Part shown: positions 1 through 8,503 of the stretch, piece after piece
Layout of the letters: every line of letters starts with the position of its first letter
Numbering within the stretch: position 1 is the first letter of the stretch
Assembly (NCBI GenBank): GCA_007693605.1
Contig: REDG01000052.1
Coordinates: forward strand, 1-43,391
Direction of reading: 5' to 3'
Length of the DNA stretch: 43,391 nt
Origin: Bradymonadales bacterium
Lineage (GTDB): Bacteria > Bdellovibrionota > UBA2394
Program-made: the position numbers and the translations under genes
Notes under the pieces: generated by a model
The model's input: only the letters and a program-made list of their open reading frames with translations
Told to the model about the DNA's origin: nothing
Databases searched by the model: none

Positions 1-944
1 CGTGCAGATACACTATAGGCTAGGCCCCGATTGGTTCTGACCTCTTCGAACAGCCGATTGTGAAGTATCTGCATTCCGATGGTCAGAGCCGGAAAGTCTT
101 CGTCGTCCAAGGCTGGAGATTTAAAGCGAGCAAGAAAGTAGGTGGTCGGAGAGTTGAAACTAGTGAAATGCGTTTGAGAGAAATCATTATTCGGAATCGC
201 TCGGGTGGGATTCGTCCGTTGACCTTCTGGTAAACTTCGAAAGTGCTCATCAATAAGGGCTTTGACTTCTTCGACCTGAAAATCCCCGACCAAAGTCACT
301 ACCACATTCTGTCGGTTAAATGTCCGAAACAAGAGGCTGTGCAGGTCTTCTCGTTTGATTTCGCGTATACTCTCAAGATATCCCGACGGCCGTCTTTGAT
401 ACGGATGGCCCGAAAAGAATATCTGATTCATCTTTAAGGCAATGACAGACTCTGGTCGATCCTGCTCCGATTTTAAGGCGGCAACTTGTTGTTCGATCAA
501 GAGTTTCAGTTCTCTCTCTTCCATTTTTGGCACCCGCACGATCTCAGACACGAGCGGCAAAAGTTCCGGCAGAAATCGACGAAGACATCGCAGACTGAGT
601 TCGACTGAGTCTTGGTCAGCGCTTACAGAAAGTCTGGCTCCAGTTCGTGTCAGAAGATCATCGATCTGGTCTTTGCTGTACGAGTAGGTGCCTCTCATTA
701 AAAGACCGCTGAGCAAATCCAAAGCTCCCGCTTTCTCAGTAAGTTCTACCCCACCGAAAGCTGAAATTCGAAGCGAAACCACCTCTTGCACGGGCCCCGG
801 CTCTTGTTTCGGAACTCGAAAAATCACGGGAATGCCAGATTCGGTAAAAAAACTTTGAGTTCCTGCGGTAAAGTCAAAACTTTGAGCCATTAATCCACTT
901 CCTCCTGTCATCAGCACCAACAAAGCTCCTAAGCATGCTCTCAT
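1..944 (-). CDS. M16B family peptidase, non-catalytic partner subunit (3' end runs off the window)
   Basis: Absent from the ORF track because it is truncated. Manual translation from ATG 944 (AAGGGA upstream) gives MRACLGALLVLMTGG...GIPVIFR...GALDLLSGLLMRGT...GHPY...VTLVGDF...RLFEEVRTNRGLAYSVS. This is an M16 fold with no HXXEH but with the C-terminal R/Y motif, typical of the second subunit of heterodimeric M16B peptidases. Confidence 0.88.
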   Translation of the reverse strand, partial: MRACLGALLVLMTGGSGLMAQSFDFTAGTQSFFTESGIPVIFRVPKQEPGPVQEVVSLRISAFGGVELTEKAGALDLLSGLLMRGTYSYSKDQIDDLLTRTGARLSVSADQDSVELSLRCLRRFLPELLPLVSEIVRVPKMEERELKLLIEQQVAALKSEQDRPESVIALKMNQIFFSGHPYQRRPSGYLESIREIKREDLHSLLFRTFNRQNVVVTLVGDFQVEEVKALIDEHFRSLPEGQRTNPTRAIPNNDFSQTHFTSFNSPTTYFLARFKSPALDDEDFPALTIGMQILHNRLFEEVRTNRGLAYSVSA

Positions 945-963
945 CTGGTATTCCCTTCGTCGC

Positions 964-2421
964 TTATCTCAAACTCAGTTCAATTTCTTTGGCCTCTTCC
1001 GGCAAGAGGGCGGCCACAACAAAATGTTGGTCTCCAATATACTTTTTCAGCGCTTGATCTATATCTTTGAGTTCGATGGACCTCAACATTTCAATATAAT
1101 TGACATAGTAATCGAGGCTGCCTGTGCTGCTCCAAATATTGCCCAAGCCCAAGGCCAGCCGTTGTCCAACTTCTGTATCATAGGCCGCGCTAGCCTCCAT
1201 TCCCGTCTTCGCCACGGCCAACTCGTTTTGATTGAAAAATCCGCCTTGGCTCATCTGGGCAATCAAGGACTGAAACTTCGAGGCTGCGGCCTGAGCCTTC
1301 TCTGGCATGGCTTCAAGACTAAACATCAGCAAGCTTGTATGTCTTTGTGTCCAGGACGAAAATCCAGCCGTCGTTGCAAGGCCGGAATCTACAAGCTCCT
1401 TCTGAAACCGAGAACTGTCTCGATTCAATAGACGACCAAGTAGGTCAAACACGACAGTTTCCCTATCGTTCTCCACAAAAGAAGGGCCGTGAAAGGCTTT
1501 GGTCACCGTGACAGTTTGAACGCGATCTCTCTTGATCGCTCGAATCGAATCCTCAAGGGGAGGGTGGGCAGGAATCGGGCGTTCAGTAAAAGGGTCGGGA
1601 GCTTGTGACCAAGCCCTCGGTCCAAAATGCCTTTCTACACTCGCCCAAAGTTCGTTGGGCTCGAAGTGCCCCACCACAAAGATTGAGCTGTTGTTGGGAA
1701 CATAATATTGATTCTGAATCTCTCTCATTTTTTCCTGTGTGGTCTCTCGAATGACCTCTCGACTTCCGCCGATGTTCTTTCTTGTGTAGTGCTCGGAAAA
1801 GAGATTTTTCAAAACTTCGTTCTGAAAAAAAGAATGAGAGGGGTCAGAGTCGTACATATCGAGTTCGCTCAGAATCACCTCTCTTTCTCGCTCCAGCTCC
1901 TCTTGCTGAAAGCTGGGGCGAATCAAGGCATGCGACATAAACTCTAAACCCTGATCAAGCAGATGGGATTGAAGGGTGAAAAAGTAACGAACGGATTCGG
2001 TCGAGGTATAAGCGTTCATATTGGGACCGAGTTCCACCCCCAGGCGATTCAGGGCTTGCATAAAATCCCTCTGAGAGGGGTAGCGTTCGTTTGCCTTAAA
2101 GAACATATGTTCATAAAAGTGTGCAAGCCCATCCAGATCTTCTGTTTCAACAAAGGCCCCGTTCCGCACGGTTATGGAAATGGTCACCATCGGAATGCTG
2201 GCCTTTTGCACTGCAAAGACTTCGAGGCCGTTTTCAAAGGCCCGCTTTTCGAAGATCTGACGGGCCTTTCGTGAATCGATGTCCATGGGGGTGATCCTTT
2301 CTACTACTTCTTGGGCAGGAGTCTGTCTGGGCATTCGGGAGATATCCCCGCTGCCGGTTTCTTTGGCGGCACAGGCCGAGACCAAAATTCCCAACAAGCT
2401 AAGTTTCAATAGCTTCATCAC
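964..2421 (-). CDS. M16B (pitrilysin/insulinase family) zinc peptidase, predicted lipoprotein
   Basis: Inverted zincin motif GLAHFYEHMFF, NAYTS, EREVILSE; N-terminal lipobox LVSAC. Confidence 0.93.
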   Translation of the reverse strand: MMKLLKLSLLGILVSACAAKETGSGDISRMPRQTPAQEVVERITPMDIDSRKARQIFEKRAFENGLEVFAVQKASIPMVTISITVRNGAFVETEDLDGLAHFYEHMFFKANERYPSQRDFMQALNRLGVELGPNMNAYTSTESVRYFFTLQSHLLDQGLEFMSHALIRPSFQQEELEREREVILSELDMYDSDPSHSFFQNEVLKNLFSEHYTRKNIGGSREVIRETTQEKMREIQNQYYVPNNSSIFVVGHFEPNELWASVERHFGPRAWSQAPDPFTERPIPAHPPLEDSIRAIKRDRVQTVTVTKAFHGPSFVENDRETVVFDLLGRLLNRDSSRFQKELVDSGLATTAGFSSWTQRHTSLLMFSLEAMPEKAQAAASKFQSLIAQMSQGGFFNQNELAVAKTGMEASAAYDTEVGQRLALGLGNIWSSTGSLDYYVNYIEMLRSIELKDIDQALKKYIGDQHFVVAALLPEEAKEIELSLR

Positions 2422-2618
2422 TCTTTTCTTGCCTCCAGTTAAAATCCCAAATCAGGTTGATGGGAGGGTTTTCTTGTGCTTTCCATGTTGCCTCAAAGTG
2501 GGTTGTTTGCAAAGGATTTCAGACCCTTATCGCCACTCCCGAATCGGGAGGCTTTAGGCTTGTCTTTCTGAAGCAGAAGAGGAAATTAAGAAGAGAAACT
2601 TTTGGATTGAGTCGAAGC

Positions 2619-3401
2619 ATGCATCAAAAAGAAACAAATCAGTTTAACTCCGACCTTGTGCCGATGATCTCCTTTGGAGCTAGAGGAACTTTGTTCTATG
2701 ATCAACCCCCGCTAGAGGCATGGCTACTCTCTTATTTGAATTCGCGAGGAAAGACTCTCGAGGAGCAAGAGCTGAGAGCTCTTCTCTTAAACTCGATGGC
2801 TCACAGGAACGAGGAAGTCGAGGCAGATCTGAGTCGTTCGATCGAGAAGCGCAGCCTCTTTCGTTCGATTTTAGCGCCCTTGTTTGAAGAAAACGAGCTA
2901 GAAGCTGAGCTTCAACGGGCCACCGACGCTCATCATCTAGCGGTGAAAGTCGTGATTCCTCGTTCAGTTGTGGAGTTATGCGAAGAGTTGAAGACCCGTG
3001 GCTATCGACTGGCGATCGTGAGCAACGAGTCAGAGGCTTTGATCGAGCTTCTCAGGTACTCGCAGCTCATCGACCTGTTTGAGAGGGTGATTTTGGCGCA
3101 AGATGTGGGTGTTGCGAAGCCCGATCCGAAGATTTTTCAGATCTTACTGGAGGAAGCCGAGTTAAAGCCTGCCCAGGTCGTGCATGTGGGAGATCGGTAC
3201 GCGACCGATGTCTTGGGGGCGAATCGAGCAGGAATCTTAAGCTTCCTCTACGATCCACTTCGGCACGAGAGCTTGGCAATAGCCCAAGCCGAAGCCGGAC
3301 ATCAGAAGGTGGTCGACATTGAGGATATTCGAAAGCAGCGCTTTTATCGAGGGACTCGAATTCTTTCTCGCCTGGATGAATTGTTGGAGTGTTTCGAGTG
3401 A
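2619..3401 (+). CDS. HAD-superfamily (HAD-IA) hydrolase-like protein with a degenerate motif I
   Basis: Motifs II-IV are present (IVSN, KPDPKIF, HVGDRYATDVLGA). Motif I reads FGARGTL instead of FDxxGTL. Start chosen at ATG 2619 (uncertain); the track ORF begins at 2457. Confidence 0.82.
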   Translation: MHQKETNQFNSDLVPMISFGARGTLFYDQPPLEAWLLSYLNSRGKTLEEQELRALLLNSMAHRNEEVEADLSRSIEKRSLFRSILAPLFEENELEAELQRATDAHHLAVKVVIPRSVVELCEELKTRGYRLAIVSNESEALIELLRYSQLIDLFERVILAQDVGVAKPDPKIFQILLEEAELKPAQVVHVGDRYATDVLGANRAGILSFLYDPLRHESLAIAQAEAGHQKVVDIEDIRKQRFYRGTRILSRLDELLECFE

Positions 3402-4165
3402 GCCACAAACCCTGTCTGATCTTGGTTAGCCCGAAAGGAGAGAGCAATCTGGGAGGCATCGCCAGGCTGATGGCAAACTTTGATTTGACTGACCTGCGAC
3501 TGGTTCAGCATCGCTGTGATCGTGATTCCGACGAAGTAAAAAAGATGAGCCTTCAAGCCTTCTCTTTGGTGGAGAACGCCAAAACCTTCGATCGTTTGAG
3601 CGAAGCTCAGGCCGATCTTCGGTGGACTCTCGCTCTAAGTATGCGTGCTGCCGGAGAGGGCCATCCGCAGCGGTCTTTGTTCGAACTCGATCGGCCATTT
3701 TGGAAGAGAGATGAGCCATGGGGAATTCTATTGGGGCGAGAAGACTCTGGCTTGACGAATGAAGAGTTAAGACAAACCAATCTTCAGGTTTCAATTCCCA
3801 GCTCCACAGAGTTTCCTTCTCTGAACATTGTTTCGGCGGCTGCCGTTGTCCTGTCTCGCTGGTTTGAGGCGACTCATCAAGATGCATCAGAGCTTCGCCG
3901 ACCCCTCTCGTCGAAGCCTCTGAAGAGAGAGGAAGATCTGTTTTTCAGGGGTCTCTCTAACTTGCTTCGAGACATTGGCTTCTTAAAGTCAGATTCATCC
4001 ACTCATGTCTTAGAGGATCTTCGAGACATCTATCAACGGGCGGAGATTCAAGAACGGGACCTTAGAATCTTGTTTGGGATTCTTTCCGATTTGGCTCGAA
4101 CCTGCGAAAAAAAAATATTTTCGAGCGGATCGGGTGGGGGTAAAAAAAGTTGCTCGTCAGAATGA
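3398..4165 (+). CDS. trmJ: TrmJ/LasT family SPOUT tRNA/rRNA 2'-O-methyltransferase
   Basis: ILVSPKGESNLGGIARLMANF, LLGREDSGLTNEEL, FPSLNI. GTG start overlaps the upstream TGA (GTGA). Confidence 0.85.
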   Translation: MSHKPCLILVSPKGESNLGGIARLMANFDLTDLRLVQHRCDRDSDEVKKMSLQAFSLVENAKTFDRLSEAQADLRWTLALSMRAAGEGHPQRSLFELDRPFWKRDEPWGILLGREDSGLTNEELRQTNLQVSIPSSTEFPSLNIVSAAAVVLSRWFEATHQDASELRRPLSSKPLKREEDLFFRGLSNLLRDIGFLKSDSSTHVLEDLRDIYQRAEIQERDLRILFGILSDLARTCEKKIFSSGSGGGKKSCSSE

Positions 4166-4278
4166 AGGCCTAGCCAGGAATCTGTAAAAAAGTTGAGTAT
4201 TTTCGGTGCTATGCAACAGGCGACTCTGTTGTGCGCTGTTATGGCGCAGTGCTACGATAGAGTTTCGGGGGAGGCTTT

Positions 4279-4815
4279 TTGCAACGTTTGGCATTCGGAG
4301 TTCTGTTTGGCTCGATGGTATTCGCGGAATCCGCGACGGCCGGAAGTCTTATGCCTCAATCCGTGCCTGCCTTGACCCAAGCCGCAGATTCCGCCTATCG
4401 CGTTCGGGTGCTCCACGAAGAGCCTCGCCAGGATGAGAAGACGGGTCTGATCTTTCGACGCTTGTCCGTTGAAGTTCTGGAAGTCTTTAAAGGTCGGTGG
4501 CCGAGTCAATCGATCGTCAAAGTAGAGCTACCCGGTGGAAAGAAGGGCAATGAAGGTCTTCATATTTCTGGGATTCCCCATTTGGCGGTGGGTGAAGAAT
4601 ACATCTTGTTTTTGGAGGCCGATTGGGGGTCTGGGGTGAATCGCCTGAGCGGTTGGAGTGCTTATCTGGTGGTTTCTGATCAGCGAGGAGATCGTTTCAT
4701 TGTGAGCGCTCCTGAGTCGAGCATTGAGAAGAGAACTCATGATATTCGGGCCAGTCAGCTTCGATCGGCTTCGTCTTATCAGAATTTTGTGACAGAGATT
4801 TTCAGTAGTTACTAG
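4279..4815 (+). CDS. Exported hypothetical protein, probable partner of the downstream metalloprotease
   Basis: GGGGAGG RBS before TTG; signal-peptide-like N-terminus; beta-rich pattern VEVLEVFKG...LPGG...GEEYILFL. Confidence 0.7.
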   Translation: MQRLAFGVLFGSMVFAESATAGSLMPQSVPALTQAADSAYRVRVLHEEPRQDEKTGLIFRRLSVEVLEVFKGRWPSQSIVKVELPGGKKGNEGLHISGIPHLAVGEEYILFLEADWGSGVNRLSGWSAYLVVSDQRGDRFIVSAPESSIEKRTHDIRASQLRSASSYQNFVTEIFSSY

Positions 4816-4858
4816 TCCAAGGGAAAAAACGGCACTACGGGAGTGCTTTGGAGGGGAT

Positions 4859-5977
4859 GTGATCAAAGGCTGGACAATTGGTGGACTCGCTCTGGTGCTT
4901 GTAGCGCTCTTTCTAATGGAACGAGTGCAAGCATTTACCATCATCTCGAATGCAGGGCAGCCCGCCAATTGGCCAGGCGGGGTGGTTCACTACGATTTCT
5001 ATAAAATCCCCGCAGGTTTTATGCAGCCGATACACAAGTCTTTCGATGTGTGGACGGAAGTTCCTGGCGTTAGCTTGAGTGTGAACTTTCAAGGCGTCAG
5101 TCAACAGGCGCCGAGAACTCGGGATGGGCGCAACACGGTGAGTTGGGTCGAGTCGGGCTGGGCGAGTTTGGGCTTCAATCCTCCCGCAAATGCTCTTGCG
5201 GTCACTCTCTCTTCTTTCAATGCCTCGACCGGGCAGATTCTAGACTCTGATATTTATTTTAATGCACAAAATTTTAGCTGGGGGGATGGAGAGCAAAACC
5301 CCCATGTGGTGGATGTTTGGAATATTGGCTCTCATGAAGTTGGTCATTTGCTGGGTCTGGACCATTCCTCCGTTTCATTTTTTGAGTCCGATCCTAAACT
5401 AGAAGAGGCCACGATGTTCTTTGCATCTTCTTACGGCGAGACTTTTCGACGGATTCCGGCGGAAGATGATGAGCTGGGAATTCGGAATCTCTATCCGGAT
5501 CTATCAGACAACGAGTACGCTTTGCCGGCGGCCAGAATCGATTCGGTCGAATTGATTTCGTCGTCGGGTAACATTCTAAACCTGAGAGTTTTTGGGGCTA
5601 ACTTCACAGAGCAAACCAGCTTTGTTTTGACGGCCAAGTCGAGTGGCACCTTTGATGTGGTTTCTCGCTACCGATCAATCATTTCCCCCAATGAGGCAGA
5701 GGTGCAGTTGAACAAAGGCAGCTTCTCTTCTAATTTCCCCTTTCTTCTCGCCTTCAATGATTCCGCGTCGATTGATTCTTTTAGTTTGTTTTCTGACTCC
5801 TCTCAGGCGGACATTGTGGAGCTTCTTCAGGGCGCGGGGGGCTCAGGCGGTTCAGGCGGGGGCTGTCAGTTGCGACTGAGTTCCACTCAAACGGCGGGGT
5901 CTTGGGCGGTTCTTCTCGGCTTTCTCTTCTTGGTCTTTCTAGCTCGACGAATGGCAAAGTCTTTACAAGTCCTTTAA
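4859..5977 (+). CDS. Matrixin (M10-like metzincin) metalloprotease with a C-terminal Gly-rich/Cys/TM sorting signal
   Basis: HEVGHLLGLDHS (HExxHxxGxxH), Met-turn ATMF, DDELGIRNLY; signal peptide; C-terminus GGSGGSGGGC...WAVLLGFLFLVFLARR. Confidence 0.9.
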   Translation: MIKGWTIGGLALVLVALFLMERVQAFTIISNAGQPANWPGGVVHYDFYKIPAGFMQPIHKSFDVWTEVPGVSLSVNFQGVSQQAPRTRDGRNTVSWVESGWASLGFNPPANALAVTLSSFNASTGQILDSDIYFNAQNFSWGDGEQNPHVVDVWNIGSHEVGHLLGLDHSSVSFFESDPKLEEATMFFASSYGETFRRIPAEDDELGIRNLYPDLSDNEYALPAARIDSVELISSSGNILNLRVFGANFTEQTSFVLTAKSSGTFDVVSRYRSIISPNEAEVQLNKGSFSSNFPFLLAFNDSASIDSFSLFSDSSQADIVELLQGAGGSGGSGGGCQLRLSSTQTAGSWAVLLGFLFLVFLARRMAKSLQVL

Positions 5978-5991
5978 ATTGTCGATACCAT
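5962..5991 (+). promoter_or_regulatory. Putative sigma70 promoter giving a leaderless rhodanese transcript
   Basis: TTTACA (5962-5967), 18 nt, TACCAT (5986-5991), 6 nt, ATG 5998; no SD sequence. Confidence 0.5.
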
Positions 5992-5997
5992 TAAAGA

Positions 5998-6540
5998 ATG
6001 TTTGGAAATTCTCAGTTTCGACAAGAGGTCCTTGCTAAATTTCGTGAAGTCGAGCAACAGATTGCAGACTTGCAGCGAACACAATCTGAGCTTAAGTCTC
6101 AGAATACGAGGTTAACTCATCAGTTGAAGACGGTGACTCGAAAGCTCGTCATGAGGTTGCCTCTGTCTTTAGAGAGTCTTGAAAAGGCTCTCAATTATGA
6201 TCTTATTTTTCCTGAAGAGTTGGAGTCTTGGAAGAAGATGACCCAGGGAGGTCTTCTGGTGGATATTCGATCGGCCGAGGAGTTTTCGAAATCCTCCATC
6301 CCTGACGCAATTTCGATGCCGATTGATCAGCTGGGCAAGCAAGTGGAGAGGTTGAGCAAATTTCAACCGATTCTGTTGATTTGTGAGAACGGCGTGAAAA
6401 GCGTGTCGGCCTCAGAGCTGCTCCATTCTAAGGGCTTTCACTTTCTTTATGTTTTGAAGGGCGGGATCAGCCACTTCAGCGGAAAGACTGTCACCACCGG
6501 ACTTGCGGGCGAGTTCGAAAGCCAAGTTCAGCAAGCTTAA
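5998..6540 (+). CDS. Rhodanese-domain protein with an N-terminal coiled coil
   Basis: LVDIRSAEEF...IPDA, active-site loop LICENGVKS, VLKGG; heptad-rich first ~50 aa. Confidence 0.85.
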   Translation: MFGNSQFRQEVLAKFREVEQQIADLQRTQSELKSQNTRLTHQLKTVTRKLVMRLPLSLESLEKALNYDLIFPEELESWKKMTQGGLLVDIRSAEEFSKSSIPDAISMPIDQLGKQVERLSKFQPILLICENGVKSVSASELLHSKGFHFLYVLKGGISHFSGKTVTTGLAGEFESQVQQA

Positions 6541-7523
6541 GACTTCAGTTTGTCCTGAATTTCTTGATGGAGTTTTTCAATGGGATGCTTGGCGCTCGCA
6601 TCTAGTTTCTTGAGAAACTGGGGGCTATCAGAGTCTCGCAAAAACTCTCTGGCAAACTCTCCCGATTCAATTTCACTCAAGACTTCTTTCATTCGCTCTT
6701 TCACGGCTGCCGGAAGTACGCGATCCCCTCGAGTCACCGCTCCGTATCGGGCTGTGGGGCTGATTCGTTCAATCATTCCGTGAATGCCGAACTCCCAGAC
6801 CAAGTCGACAATGAGTTTCAGTTCGTAGAGGGTTTCGTAGTAGGCGGCCTCGGGCTGGTAGCCATTCTCAATCAAGACTTCGTATGCACTTCGAATCAGT
6901 TCTGCAAGGCCGCCGCACAAGAGGCTCTGTTCCGAAAAGAGATCCGAGACGGCTTCATCCTGAAATCTTGCCCAGATGAGCTTTCGAGGATGAGCTCCCA
7001 TGGCTTTTGCAAGGGCTTCGATCCATTGCTTTTCGGTGACTGTTGGGGGGCGCTCCCCAGACGCATCTTTAACAGCAAGAATGGCGGGTAGAGCCTGAGC
7101 CTGACCGTAGAGCTTGACCAGTCCTGAAGCCGCCCCTTTGGGGGCGACCAATACATGAATGGGACCCGCGTCTTTGCAGGGAATTTGGTCGAAGTGACTG
7201 GCGAAGCCATGAGAAAAAATCAGAGCCTTTAGTTGGGGGGCCCCCTCTAGATACTCCTTAAAGTAGGAGCCTTGAATCTGGTCGGGCAGATTCATTAGGA
7301 TATGGCTGAACGAGTTCGCCATTTCTTTGAATGAAAGGAGTTCAAAGCCTTGGGCCTTGGCTCGATCTGCCGAAGCTCCCTTGGGCCGCACGGCGATCTT
7401 GACTTGCACCTGAGACTGATGAAGATTTCGAGCTTCAGCCTGGCCTTGCGCTCCGAAACCAAACATGCCAAGAGAGAGGGAATTGAGGAGTTCGATTTCC
7501 TCTTTTGTCAGGATGGGGTTCAA
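6537..7523 (-). CDS. ilvC: Ketol-acid reductoisomerase (class I)
   Basis: GFGAQG Rossmann motif, FSHGF, VAPKG, SDLFSEQSLLCGG, AYYETLYELKLIVDL, ISPTARYG. Start moved to TTG 7523, which has AAAGGAG 7 nt upstream. Confidence 0.92.
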   Translation of the reverse strand: MNPILTKEEIELLNSLSLGMFGFGAQGQAEARNLHQSQVQVKIAVRPKGASADRAKAQGFELLSFKEMANSFSHILMNLPDQIQGSYFKEYLEGAPQLKALIFSHGFASHFDQIPCKDAGPIHVLVAPKGAASGLVKLYGQAQALPAILAVKDASGERPPTVTEKQWIEALAKAMGAHPRKLIWARFQDEAVSDLFSEQSLLCGGLAELIRSAYEVLIENGYQPEAAYYETLYELKLIVDLVWEFGIHGMIERISPTARYGAVTRGDRVLPAAVKERMKEVLSEIESGEFAREFLRDSDSPQFLKKLDASAKHPIEKLHQEIQDKLKS

Positions 7524-7547
7524 ATTTGATCTCCTTTCTGTTTTGAG

Positions 7548-8213
7548 ATGCGCATGAAGCAAGACGACTTACCAGTAGCATCCCTTCGATTTGGATTTCA
7601 ACAAATCCCTGAGGACGGCCTCGAGTTTCGCTTTGAGGAAAGCTTTCAATCCCTTTGGAAATCAGAGAGTCTCGACCGGGAACTTCGTGAAGAGCTTGAG
7701 GAGGCTTTGAAGTCGAAGGTTTCGGGGCTTGTCCGCGTTCGGAAGGTTGGGGCCAAGGCCGATTGCCGAGGCAGCTTTGAAACGCATTTGAGCGTCCGAT
7801 GCGATCGGTGCCTCGAGAGCTTTGATTGTCCCATTCAAGGGGACCTCACTCATTTCTTGATGCCGAGAGAGCAGTTTTCGAAGCACGACAAACCAGGGGG
7901 TAAGGTGGTTCATGGTCATAGAAAGGGTCGAGAGGCTTCAAGACACCGTTCTCGCACGAAGGACTTTTTTGATCTGACGGATGCGCCTGACGACCACGAA
8001 GATGTCGCCTTTGGCTCGTTCGATGGGGTGACCGTCGATTTAGAAGCCTATCTTCGAGAGGCCTTGATTCTTGCGCTTCCGGTGAGAAGGCTCTGTCGGG
8101 AGGACTGCCTGGGGCTTTGTGATCGCTGTGGCCAGAACCTTAATCTAGGCCCCTGTGGGCCGGATTGTCAGACTCGCAGCCCAGGAATCGAGGCGGTTCG
8201 GTTGAAAATCTAG
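7548..8213 (+). CDS. yceD: YceD/DUF177 family protein
   Basis: CDRCL, LREALILALP, LCREDCLGLCDRCGQNLN; canonical position upstream of rpmF. Confidence 0.9.
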   Translation: MRMKQDDLPVASLRFGFQQIPEDGLEFRFEESFQSLWKSESLDRELREELEEALKSKVSGLVRVRKVGAKADCRGSFETHLSVRCDRCLESFDCPIQGDLTHFLMPREQFSKHDKPGGKVVHGHRKGREASRHRSRTKDFFDLTDAPDDHEDVAFGSFDGVTVDLEAYLREALILALPVRRLCREDCLGLCDRCGQNLNLGPCGPDCQTRSPGIEAVRLKI

Positions 8214-8241
8214 GCTCTTTAGAGGCTGGAAGCAGAATCTT

Positions 8242-8271
8242 TTGACTTTAGCCTAGATTGAAACCTAAATT
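8242..8271 (+). promoter_or_regulatory. Putative sigma70 promoter for the rpmF-plsX-fab operon
   Basis: TTGACT (8242-8247), 18 nt, TAAATT (8266-8271). Confidence 0.4.
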
Positions 8272-8316
8272 TTTGATTTGCTCAGTCGTTAACTTCGGCT
8301 ATGAAAGGACCTCGTT

Positions 8317-8499
8317 ATGGCAGTTCCAAAGAAGAAAACCTCAAAGATGAAGACCCGTTCGAGACGCTCTCAATGGAAGCTCGAAGCTCCCAATGTGATT
8401 CTCGATAAGAAGTCTGGCGTCTATCGCCTGCCACATCGCGTCTGTGCGAGCACAGGGCATTACAAGTCCAAACAAGTGCTTATTGTTGACGAAGTCTAG
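8317..8499 (+). CDS. rpmF: 50S ribosomal protein bL32
   Basis: MAVPKKKTSK...RSRR...LPHRVC...GHYK. Confidence 0.97.
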   Translation: MAVPKKKTSKMKTRSRRSQWKLEAPNVILDKKSGVYRLPHRVCASTGHYKSKQVLIVDEV

Positions 8500-8503
8500 A
8501 TGA

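Noticed and set aside
243..687. Short + strand ORFs 243-437 and 442-687
   Set aside because: They are antisense shadows of the truncated M16B partner gene on the - strand (1-944).
1..944. Missing HXXEH in the second M16 gene as a novel pseudoenzyme
   Set aside because: This is the normal arrangement for heterodimeric M16B peptidases.
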